From positions 5,454,963-5,518,962 of the forward strand of contig MU061579.1 in NCBI GenBank assembly GCA_013265495.1: DNA of 64,000 nt, read 5' to 3'. The notes beneath the pieces are model-generated. The model saw only the letters and a program-made list of their open reading frames with translations. It had not been told where the DNA came from and searched no databases. Shown piece after piece: positions 40,308-52,434 of this stretch. The stretch comes from Vicugna vicugna. Taxonomy: Eukaryota. Both the position numbers and the translations under genes were made by a program. Position 1 is the first letter of the stretch. The number at the start of each line of letters is the position of its first letter.

Positions 40308-42650
40308 GAGACTTATAACCATGAATTGGCTTACACGATTGTGGGAACAGGTGAGGTAATTTTGAAATCCATCGAGCAAGCTATAAGGAATGGTGGGAGA
40401 GACCCTCTTGGGCTAGGGTTATGCTGTAGTTCACAGGTAGAATTTCTTCTTTAGACAAATGTGAGTTCTGCCATTACATCACTTCAAATTACTGGATTAG
40501 TCCCACTCAGATTATCTGGGATAATATTATAGTCAACAAATTGAAGATGTTAATCACATCATAGCAATCATAGGTTTATGTTTGTTTTTGATTGAACAAC
40601 TGGATACTGTAGCCTAGACAAGTAGACACATAAAAATGACCATTATAGTCCACCTCATGTAAATTTGGCACCCATGCATACCTCCTTAAACCATACTTAA
40701 TATCCAAATAAAGACAATGAAATAATTTCACTTGAGATGATTCAAATATCCTGCATGTAACCAAAAACATGCTTCCTTTCCCCAAAGTCCTGAGGGATTT
40801 TTACTCTTCTACTTGATATCCTGTAACTTACATACTGCAATGTAAAGCTAACTGTTAGTAATATTTCTTATGTTAGATGGTAAGGAAATAAGAGAAGAAA
40901 ACAAAATTGTTTATACACCCACACAGAAGCATGTTCAAAACAAAAAAGGGTGAACTATTACAATTCTCATTTGTGCATCTGGTCATGTAGTCATAGTCAT
41001 AAAACGTAGTCATAGTTTTAACTTCCTTCTTCCACTACCTATTCTGTATTCCTCGCAGCAAGCACATCAGCTTGTCATGGCTCTTTGCCTGATAAGGTGA
41101 TCCAGAACTTCATTCCTGCAGGGCCACTAGCAGCCCTGCTTGAATTCGACTGTTGCAGATTTCCACTGACTATAACCCCGGGGCGTGGTAGCACTAAGGG
41201 ACTCTCCTCCTTAGCATGAGGAGCCCAACGTGGCTGAGTGGCAGTCTTCACTTCTATAGACTCATTGTTCTGTCTCCCAGTGGAAGCATTCTTCCCTTTG
41301 GGACTAAGACCTCTACATCAACATAAAATAAGGTCATGGGGATAATAAGCAAAAATGTGCTAGTGGAAAACCAGGAGTAATAGTGAGAGATGCCACTCCC
41401 ATTTCTACACCTTGATTCCTGTGCCTGTGAATCTGGCTGTCGGGAAAAGTAGCATTATATATTGCCCACTGATTTAGAGCATATAGCCTCCAAGAGAGCA
41501 TTGCCCCAGCGCTACCAGCTATAGCCAACTACTTAGCATTGCAACCAAGTCTTCAATATGCTATTCCACAACGCAGTTAAGCCAGCTGCTTCAGGATAGT
41601 GGGCAACATGGTAAGACCAGTAAATTCCATGAATGTGAGCCCTCTGTAACACATTGTTTGCTGTGAAATGAATTACCTGATCAGAAGCAATGCTGTGTAG
41701 AGTACCAAAATGGTGTATTAAACACTCTATAAGTCTATGGATGGCAGTCTGGGGATAAACATTGCATGTGGGGAAAATATTCATATCCAGAGTAAGTGTC
41801 CACTCCAGCAAGAACTAAATGTGGCTCCTTCCATGATGAAAATGTTCCGATATAATCAACTTGCTGTTAGTTAGCTGGTTGATCACCTTGGGGAATGGTG
41901 CCGTATCAGGGACTGTGTTGACACTTGCTGCTGGCAAACTGGTTAGGAAGTGGCTGTTGCCAGATCATCCTTGGTAAGTGGAAGTCCATGTTGCTGGGCC
42001 CATATATAACTCCTGTCCCTGTCACCATGACTACCTTGTTCATAAGATCATTGGGCAGTAACAGGAGTAGCTGGGGGAAGACACTGACTGGTATCCACAA
42101 AATTGGTAATCCTATCCACTTAAATATAAGATCCTCCTTTTCCAAAGTCACACAAATGGCACACAAATGGGGCAAAAATATCTTCACATTATTTGCTCAA
42201 AGTGGTCTGCCCACATATCTGTCTCTTCCTCACATTGCCTTGTCACCAGATTTTCAAGCATATTTCTTCCAAATCCAAGACCATCCAGCCAAACCATTGG
42301 TCACAGTTTATGGAATGATATAGATGCATACCCATGGTCGTTTCTCCTTCCAGGCAAGATGAATAGCCAGTTTAACTGCTTGATTTGGCTCACTTAGAGG
42401 TTTTCCCTTCAAGATTGTCTCAGAAAGAGTCTTCAGTGCTGTAGTGCTGGAATTTCTTCTTCTTCAGCGAAACTGCAGTTCTAGGGTTAAATCCTTTCAA
42501 CTGATTGGATCAGGACCATCCAGATGATCTACTTTAATCCCCTTTACGTAGAATCCATTGATTGTAGGTGTTAACCACTTACACAAAATGGTTTCACAGC
42601 GATGCCTAGATTAGTGAATACCTGGAGGCTATATCCTAGCCAATTACAGG
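40079..42650 (-). mobile_element. Old deleted ERV-L (MLT2-type LTR) provirus: complete 3' LTR, integrase/dUTPase-region remnant, partial 5' LTR
   Basis: MLT2-like LTR at ~40079-40648 with an internal (TA)n. Degenerate integrase motifs HEQSGHG, QVDYIG, SDQVIHFTAN, YPEAAGL..WNSILK. A second same-orientation LTR fragment at ~42445-42650. Confidence 0.85.
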
Positions 42651-45600
42651 GGGTAAATTCGGGAAGGAATTTCTTAGAGAAACAGATGATTGGTGAAATG
42701 TAGAAAGAAAAGGAGCCTAATTTGGGGGATGAAAAACTAAGAGAGAAAGTTAAGAATTTGTTTTTTAAAAAATAGGTCAATTTTTAAGGGAAAATGGAAA
42801 TCCAGAAAGTGCATGCCTATTAGATCTTATGGTTTATATGGAGTAAATGAATTTTATCTGTTGAGCATAAAGTATGTGAAAATTGAAAAAGAAACTAAGA
42901 GGGGAAATATGTGTTTTATATATATACAATCTACTTTTTGAAATTAAAATAATTAGTTGGCAGATAGTTCTCCAGTGTCGTAGAAAAACCACATGCAGTG
43001 ATTGAGATGTTGCTGGACAAATAGCCTTCTGTTTTTAAAGTTCCTAATCTTCCCTTTATCATGCTATCCAAAAAAAATGCACATTGGGAATGGTATCATC
43101 TATATTTCGCTTGATCTCATGTAAAGATATTTTAGTTTTTAAAAATAGTTTTAAAAAATGAAATTCAGGTGGTGGGAAGAGATAATGAAATATTAAACAC
43201 TCTTCTTGGGCTTTTTACCCCCCTTTTTTTTCCTTTACAGAAATGCTAAAAAATCAGTACATACAATTTCAGATTTAGAATGTTATTACTCTCCTAGAGG
43301 AAAAGTTTCTTTTCTGAGCTGAAATTTTTCAAATGGTTAAAGATTAATTTATAATCCCTGTATGCAGCAATGTCGGTAATTCTTTTGAATGCCTTTTTGA
43401 TATGTCATAGTCTGCAAAACAAAACTTTCACTGGAAAACATTTATTATTTATGTTCTTTGTTCTTCACTAACAGATGGGGATTCTCTAATAGAATCTTTT
43501 TAAAAATCATTAATGCATTTTAAAACACAAGCGGGATCTATGTTGAGTGCCCAAATCTTTGCTTAAAATACTAATTTTGTAATTTGTTAACTAGCAAGAA
43601 GAAAATCCATTTAAATATTCTAGTTCACTTTGAAGTTTTTGTGTATCAACTAGATATACAAAATTCTTATGCCAATTAGTTGATCCTAAATGCAGATCTA
43701 TTTATTGCTTGGCTTGGTAGCTAGTCTAGCAATTAAAATTTTTCCATTATTTTCTAATTGTAACATTGTTACTGGATTATCTTACTTTGAATACATTTGG
43801 ATAAGTCTTCTAATAGCCAGCATAAAATTATTAAATAATGTGCTAAAAATAATTATTCATCAAGCTTTGTGAAATATCAATCATTAAGAATTCAATTAAA
43901 TATACTTGAAGTGCCTATCATATTTTAGAACATAAAGATCTTTTGTTATTAAATTGAGGTACAAACCAAATACAACATATTTTTTCTCTTATAAAAATCT
44001 GATTAAAACAATATAGCTGACTTTGTTTATAATAAAGTCATCTTTCTGTCTTAGAAATTCTCATATATCCAAGATCATTTCAACAGTTAAAGCTAAATTT
44101 CTAGAACCTTTTAAATAATGAACCAGGAATTCATTAAAAGTAAGCTAACAGTACAAATAAAATAAATGACTAATTTTAATGTTTGAAAAGGACCATAATC
44201 AGTAGTTGAAATAATATCTTTCTGAAACGTTCTCACTTCTAGTTTAGAATCTCTCTCGTTAAAATTGACCTTATGTGTGGATTGTTTCTCTAGGCATCCT
44301 TTTCATACTTCTATCTCTATGCCTTTCCCTTCCAATTCATCCCCCCAAATATTGCCAGGTATACTTCTAAAACCTACATGTGATCATAAAATCACCTAGC
44401 TGTTAATAGTCAATAGCAATGTATGTGCAAAGGTAACAGCCTAACAACCAAGGTCAAGAACAAATAGCAAAGTATCAAATATCAAAATATTTTTAAAGCT
44501 GTAAAATCATCTTAGTTTTATTTAATTACTATTTGAAACATGACACAAATTACCATTTTATTTTAAAAGAGAATTAGTCAAATAGAGAACAATGTAACAA
44601 ATATAACTAAACTGATAATTATAACTTACACGTAGCTATATTTAAAGAGATTTTAAGAATTTCAGTTAAAATTACTAAGTATACAGGAGCATACTTACAT
44701 AATTTTTAAAATCTAACAAAAAGGAAGAGAAATGTGGAGGCTTCCAACCCAAAGGGAGAAAACATAATATAGCCCAATTTCCATTATAAAATATTATCTG
44801 AGTTATAGTTGTACAGAAGTCAGGAAAGTTGTATGTGAAGTTGTACAAAACTTTTGAGTTATGGTGAATGGTTAGGAAGCCATTTAGAAGCGCAGGTAAA
44901 AAAGTCCTAGTATATAAGGCAGAGAACTGAATTAAAATTTTTAGGTAACTATGTAATCCAGGACAATCTTTTTCTATCAAGTCGGTGTTCCGTAATTCCT
45001 TCAACTTTGCCAGAGGCTTAAGAAAGTTACTCAAGAGGAAGGACTTCTGAAGACAAAGGACTGTCAGAGAGGCTTAAAATATGCAAAGATCATTGATCTT
45101 AAGTTCATTGGAAAGCTACACACTTCAAATGTAACCATTAGAAGAATTTTCACTCCAAAGTCTGATTCAGCCTTTTCCAATGCTTATCCCAAGGAACGTT
45201 ATATTAAACATGTCAGTTATATGAAGGATAAAAGTCTCAATGCATCAGTATTTGGGGAAATGCTGCCCACTCCCCCACCCCCTGAAACACACACACACAC
45301 AGAACTGCTTATAGCTGAAGTGTGCTGTGAACCTCCAAGTAGGAAACCTTACTATGAACTTTTCTCATAATCACCTGCCTTTCTTGATTTGAAGGTATCC
45401 TCAGATAACCTTCCTTTTGATCAACCCAGAGTTGCCTGATTAGACTCCAATCAAGTGAGGGATGGCTCATCATGTTCCTTACACCAGGGGGCTGGAGTCT
45501 TGGGAGCCATCATGGACCTTGCTTTCCACGGTGGAAGCATCTTTGCTATTTTGTTTGTACTTTCATCACTGGCACCTTTGTGCCATTATACGCTACAGTT

Positions 45601-46817
45601 CTGAGGCATTAACTTCAGCAACAATTGAAGATGGTATAAACAAATAAAATAGTCATATTAAAATGATTGTTTTGATCACATGAAGCTGTTTCTTTTGAAG
45701 TGTTGATTTGTATAAACTCTCTCAAAAAACATCGTAAGATGAAGCTGTTTAAAACAGAGCCATTACCTGTGTTTCTTTGAAGTGACTTAATTTTTCTTAC
45801 AAGTGATTAAAAATCACCATTTTAATCATATTATAAGAATCAAGTGAATAATAAAAGAATACTGTTAACCTTTACAACACTTAATGTTGATGTTTTCATC
45901 TATAATATATTCATTTTCCTTTCTTAAAGGGATACTAATGGCTTAAGCTGATTATCTTTTGTAAATTCATAATGTGGTAAAAACGAATAATTATCTTTTT
46001 AAGGATCATCATTTTCTTTTAAAGTTAGATGAACAAACATATCTTAAAAGATTATGACAAATAAGAATCAGATTCCCTTGTTACATTCTTCTCTAGGTTT
46101 CTAGAGAAATTTATATGTCAAAATAGGTGTCATTTGGCAAGCACATGCCTGAAACTTAGATGTGCTCACCAGAGGTTGTCTTTGAAAAATTTTGTGAGTG
46201 CAGAGGGAAAGTCACTTGTTCTGGACAGCTTTTGCGCCCTAAGATCATGCTAGTTAGCAAATCATACATAAAGGGCACTAATGAGGTTAATTAGAAGAAT
46301 GCCTATAAGCTTCTCACTAAGGAATATGCTTAGAAAAATAAGAATGAGAAAGGTACAGCGTACGTGGACTTTCACAAGACTAAAAGGAGATTAGTTACCA
46401 TGTTTCGAAGTGCAAGCAATTATTTTAAAGTAATCCTATTTATTTCCATTTCTGCTTTTCCTTTAAATCCACATATCTTTTGCTTTTACCATGTAGAATT
46501 GTTGTTTAGCCTCATATAATTTTGCAAAATCTGCATTGGCCCAAAATGACATTCACTGAATATAAAAATACTCATAAAAATTTTCTGTTGGCCCATGTTT
46601 AAGTCAGTCAATAAATGTGTATTCTCAAAATACAGAATATGTTTATAAGAAAAACAGTTCCAAGTGTTATTCTCTTTGAAGAGTGTATCAATTCTGATTT
46701 ACAGGACTAGTGCAAAAATGTTATAAGACAAACTAATGGGTAATGATAATTTTAATATGTTTACAGCACTTAATTCACATAGAATAGTTCCAAGCATAAT
46801 TTAAATAAGCTCATATA

Positions 46818-48616
46818 CCCTTTAAAATAGCACCCAAAGTAATAAAATATCTGGGAATAAATCTAACCAAGGAGGTGAAAGACTTATACACAGAAAACTA
46901 TAAACCATTGATGAAGGAAATTAAAGAAGACTTTAAAAAATGGAAAGATATTCCATGCTCTTGGATTGGAAGAATCAATATTGTTAAAATGGTCACACTG
47001 CCCAAGGCAATCTACAGATTTCATGCAATCCCTATCCAATTACCCAGGACATATTTCACAGAACTAGAACAAATCATAGTAAAATTTATATGGAACCATC
47101 AAAGACCTAGAATTGCTAAAGCATTACTGAAGAGAAAGAAAGAGGCTGGAGGAATAACTCTCCCAGACTTCAGATGATACTATAGAGCTACAGTCATCAA
47201 GATAGCATGGTATTGGTACCAAAACAGACATATAGACCAATGGAACAGAATAGAGAGCCCAGAAATGAACCCACAAACTTTTGGTCAACTAATCTTCGAC
47301 AAAGGAGGCAAGAATATACAATGGAATAAAGACAGTCTCTTCAGCAAATGGTGTTGGGAAAACTGGACAGCAGCATGTAAAACAATGAAGCTAGAACACA
47401 CCCTTACACCATATACAAAAATCAACTCAAAATGGATTAAAGACTTAAACATAAGACAAGATACAATAAACCTCCTAGAGGAAAACATAGGCAAAACATT
47501 ATCTGACATACATTTCAAAAATTTTCTCCTAGAAGAAATAAAAGCAAGAATAAACAAATGGGACCTAATGAAACTTACAAGCTTCTGCAGAGCAAAGGAA
47601 ACCAGAAATAAAACAAGAAGAAAACCTACGGAATGGGAGAAAATTTTTGCAAGTGAAACCGACAAAGGCTTGATCTCCAAAATATATAAGCAGCTCATAC
47701 GACTCAATAAGAAAAAAATAAACAACCCAATCCAAAAATGGGCAGAAGACCTAAACAAGCAATTCTCCAAGGAAGACATACAAATGATCAAAAAGCACAT
47801 GAAAAAATGTTCAATATCACTAATTATCAGAGAAATGCAAATCAAAACTACAATGAGGTATCACCTCACACCAGTCAGAATGGCCGTCATTCAAAAATCC
47901 AAAAATGACAAATGCTGGAGAGGCTGTGGAGAAAGGGGAACCCTCCTACACTGCTGGTGGGAATGCAGTTTGGTGCAGCCACTATGGAAAACAGTGTGGA
48001 GATTCCTCAAAAGACTAGGAATAGACTTACCATATGACCCAGGAATCCCACTCCTGGGCTTGTACCCAGAAGGAAATCTACTTCAGGATGACACCTGCAC
48101 CCCAATGTTCATAGCAGCACTATTTACAATAGCCAAAACATGGAAACAGCCTAAATGTCCATCAACAGGTGACTGGATAAAGAAGATGTGGTATATTTAT
48201 ACAATGGAATACTACTCAGCCATAAAAACCGACAACATAATGCCATTTGCAGCAACATGGATGCTCCTAGAGAATGTCATTCTAAGTGAAGTAAGCCAGA
48301 AAGAGAAAGAAAAATACCATATGAGATCACTCATATGTGGAATCTAAAGACTCATGGACAGAGAATACAGACTTGTGGTTACCAGGGGGGTAGAGGGTAG
48401 GAAGGGATAGACTGAGATTTCAAAATTGTTGAATAGATAAACAAGATTACACTGTATAGCACAGGGAAATATACACAAAATGTTATGATAAATCACAGAG
48501 AAAAAAATGTGACAATGAGTGTGTATATGTCCATGAATGACTGAAAAATTGTGCTGAACACTGGAATTTGACACATTGTAAAATGATTATAAATCAATAA
48601 AAAATGTCAAAAAAAA
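46818..48616 (+). mobile_element. 5'-truncated young LINE-1, same subfamily as 18022-24095
   Basis: Near-identical to ~22244-24095. Premature TGA at 47175-47177 (CAA at 22601-22603 in the long copy), a ~49-bp 3'UTR deletion, and an A-rich end. Confidence 0.97.
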
Positions 48617-49299
48617 TTTGTTTCAAGGTCTAACTGTAACAGGAGGATATCATGTTGTACACCTGAAACTAAAATTTTGTATCAGTTATAATTCAATAAA
48701 GGAAATAAGGGTATCCAAAAAAAAAAAAGAAAAAGCAATATTTAAGAATCATACTACTCTTTTACAACATTTATTTATGTCATATATCAGTATTCTTTGT
48801 AACATTCCTAGCACCAGGGACAAGATACCTATAAGTGAAGCTTATAAAATTTACTATTATCTTTTGAGACAATGTTTTTGTTCCAGTTCTCAGCTAATGA
48901 TATGCATTTGATATCATGAGGTTTCTACATGGCAGGCCAAGAGATTGTGAAACAAATCTAGTCCTTATCATGCTCTGAACACATAGCATCAGACTTAGAC
49001 TGCTAAGGAGTGAATATTTCCTGAATGTAAATTGCTTTCAGATGGAGAAAAATACTATTTTTTTCTAGATGAACAACTTTTCCTTTCCAGACTTTGGCTA
49101 ACTGGGCTTCTGTTATCACATAGTTTTTCAGATGGAGTATAAAATCATGATTGAAATTTCTAACAAAATCTGGAGATTGGAAGATTCAAAGTTAAAAACA
49201 TCAATACTAACTTACACAAAGTCCATTTTATTGGAAATGTAAGTAAATATTAGAAAAATGATTTTAAGTAGAAAGTCTGTAGAAAGTTCTCCTATCAGT

Positions 49300-49510
49300 A
49301 ATGACAGGTACTATTTATGTAGCCTTTACTGTTTGCCAGTCTCCAAGGGTTTCACACAGATTTACTCAAGGATTCCTCACAACAGGTCTGTGAAGTAAAT
49401 ACTACGATATACTCATTTTACACATGAAGGGATTGAGACACGAAGAGGGATGGTAATTCAGATAAAGACAAAACTAGATTTTCACTCAGACTCTACAGGC
49501 TCTTAGATCC
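49300..49510 (-). mobile_element. MIR SINE
   Basis: TTCCTCACAACAGGTCTGTGAAGTA..CTCATTTTACACATGAAGGGATTGAGACAC. Confidence 0.7.
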
Positions 49511-51212
49511 TATCATAAGAATTGTTGTTATTATTACTTACTATTATTATTACTGTAACTTAAGATAGCAAAGGAAAGATCAAGTCACTAATAACCAGAA
49601 AGGTTTTTCGTTTTTGTTTTTCCAAATCTAGGTTACTTTCAGGTAAAGAGATCAAAGATCAAGGACAGTTTTACTCTCAATCAGAGCAGGATCGAGTTTA
49701 GGCAATGTTATTCATCGTGTAACATATTTTTAAAAGTCCACTAGTACAATGAAAATATCTTTTGTTTCCTTTGGAGAATTGCTCCTTGTACAACAGTTTA
49801 TGAGGAACATGACAATCTTCGAATCCCTTAAAATATTACCAGACAATTCATAAATTTGTTCCAGCTATATGTCACAACATGCCTTCATATATCCGCTGAT
49901 CTCTAGCTCTATTAACTACTTGATAGCTTCCAAGCATGCAAACATACTCTTTTTCTTCTCTTCCCATTTACGTGGGATGATTCCTGTTTTGGGGAAGGTT
50001 CTTCCAGCATTTCTGTGCCTTAGAACTTTTCTATAACATACAAGATCATAGAGGTGCCCTTCTGTCCCTAACTTGATGGTGGATTTTTCATATTGTGTTA
50101 CAGTGAACTCAACTGATATTTATTGTGTCATTAACCTAGACTGGATGCTGGAGGTAAGGTTAAAAGAAATAATTCCATTTCTTAAACTTAAAATCTAATA
50201 GGGTGAATAAGAAAGTAAGCAGACCATTTCAGGTTAAATGACTACTCCAGTTAACTTGACATTTATAGGATTCATGTGGCAATGGAGCCATTAAACGGTC
50301 AAAGATTGATTAGTGATGCAGTAAGATCACCCTACTAACTCCTTTTACTCAGAGACCACTCTGCTGTCATGATACAGTTTTCTCTGCTGTATATCAATCA
50401 GTCTCTTAATTAAAGCTGACCTTTCATTTAGTCTTTAATATAAGAAGCTAATGTACTGACTTAGTAACGACAGAGTTAGGCCACCTTACCCAGCAGGTAT
50501 GGGCCAGGTACAGGGTGAAAGTCAAGTCTTTTAACTTGGTATTTGTCATAAATAAGGTGCTACTTTGTTATTTTTCAACTTATTTAGGACCTGGACAGGG
50601 AAGAGGAATGATATTTATTAGGGCTCCTAAAAAGTCCTGATAATAACACAAGGAAAAATAAAAAAGAGTTGTTTTTGTAAGTGGTCATGCTGATGAATTT
50701 ACAGAAGAAAAACAAATGTGTGGATAAGCTTTTGGTGAGGTTGGCTATTTGACCCTGAAACTTGGACTTCTGTGGGACAGTGAGGCATTTTCAGCTTGGT
50801 ACAGTGTAGGGACCAGGTCGATTGGGTTTTTACAATTGAATTGAGGCATAGGAAAGAGACTGTGAACCTTTGGGTACCTAGCATTTCGACTTTGGCTTTA
50901 TCCACAGCTGAGTGGTTGTTTTTATGGAGCAGTGGTTCCCTAGATTAGCAGCATTAGGGCATTCTCAATTTGGCTGCAGTTAGGATCACCCGGGGGCATC
51001 TCAGACAGAATTGTTGAGGGTAAGACCCTCAACATCTTGATTCCAAGATGCAGACAACGTTGGGAACCTTTAAGCAAAGATGAGGACGTTTGGCAATTTG
51101 CAAATTTTGGCAACATCGGCAATACCTAAGATGCCTGTTTGTGGGGAGCAGGGGCAAGAAGCATACATGAAAGCCAGAACAGCATGTCAGTTACAAGCTA
51201 TTGGGTTCAAAG

Positions 51213-51351
51213 TGCAATGGACTGGATGTGTGTGCCCTCCCCAAAATTATATGTGGAAATCCTAACACCCAGTATGATGGTATTTGAGGGCAGGGCCTTT
51301 GGGAGGTAATTAGTTCACAAGTGTGGAGCCCTCATGAATGGAGTTAATGCC
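51213..51351 (+). mobile_element. MLT1A-type MaLR solo LTR, 5' part (split by the ERV)
   Basis: TGCAATGGACTGGATGTG...GGGCCTTTGGGAGGTAATTAG...GGAGCCCTCATGAATGG matches the MLT1A/MST start. Confidence 0.85.
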
Positions 51352-51704
51352 TGTCAGCCAAGGGAGGCTGGAGAGGGATTTGAGGTGAGCTGTGCAACTG
51401 GAAGAAGGTGTGAGGAGCCAACATAATGCACGAGCAGCCAAAATGGAGCAAAACAGCACTTTATTGCAGTACAAGCGGGTGGCGCACGCGGCGGGCAGCC
51501 CCCGGGTGTATGCACTTGTCCTTTTATAATGCAAGTGGCGCATGCGTAGTGTCCATAATGCTGACTCACGCTACTGGCCCATGCGTGGTGTTTATAATGC
51601 TTATTCATGCTACTGGCGCATGCGTACATTTACCTCTTTCCAGGTGCAAGCTATTGTGAACTTTGTCCTGGGCCCCACGGCATACTTACTTAAGGCTGCC
51701 AACA
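51352..51704 (-). repeat. 3' LTR of the ERV-S-like provirus
   Basis: Aligns along its length to 54656-54989. Minus-strand TATA at 51521-51528 and AATAAA at 51460-51465. Purine tract AGGGGTAG immediately upstream (51705-51712). Confidence 0.93.
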
Positions 51705-51734
51705 CTACCCCTAGGTCATGGGGACCCTGGCCCA

Positions 51735-52349
51735 TATTGCGGAGCCCTGTGAGAATAGCACATGTGCCGCCTTGGTTTGCAGTGAGAATATCTAATGCCA
51801 TCCTGTTTTGTAAGACCACCTTCCACACTTGGGTGGCCTCATATAATAATTCCTCTGTGGCTTTCCTAGTAGCATTTAATGCTGCTGATATGTGCTGAGC
51901 TAAAGCTTCTATCTGCAACTCTACACTGATGGGCCCGGCCCCAGGCAGGAACAGGGCCATGAAATAAAACCACCAAGCTGCACGCTTTTCACAGTGCCAC
52001 TGGGTGTGCAGCAGATCCCAGTTCATGGGGCGCTCTGTTAAAGTGGGCCGATGTTCCCAGGTGAGTAAGCTTTACCCCAAGTACAGCACCCTCTCCACTC
52101 AGCTGGGCGATATGACCATCCGTGGGTGCCACATACCCATAGATACCCTGGCGGCAGGAAATCGGTGGGTTTCATGCCAGTCAAACACCATCCATCCCAC
52201 CAAGTGGAGGCATTTACATTGTGAGTGAGGTTGGCATGTAGTCCTTTGGGGAGCGACCCCATTGTGCATTTTAGGGCCTCACGTTCAAACCGCTGCTCAA
52301 TACAGAAGGGGCTTAAACGTGTCAATTTTATATGAACAAGTACTGCCAT
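51735..52349 (-). pseudogene. env: ERV env remnant: SU C-terminus, fusion peptide and immunosuppressive domain
   Basis: LWVCGTHGWSYRPAEWRGCCTWG, cleavage-site-like CEKR (51982-51993), hydrophobic AAWWFYFMALFLPGAG, and LQNRMALDILTANQGGTC (51760-51813). Ends before CX6CC and the transmembrane anchor. Confidence 0.9.
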
Positions 52350-52434
52350 AGAGCAGATTCCCCTGCCTTCTAAGTACTGCCATGGAGCAGGTTCCCCTGC
52401 AAAAGCTTCTCTAGTGGGCTCATGCCAGAAGGCT

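Noticed and set aside
51538..51624. Regularly spaced repeats resembling a CRISPR-like array
   Set aside because: The intervening sequences are themselves similar, so this is a tandem repeat inside a eukaryotic LTR. No cas genes are present.
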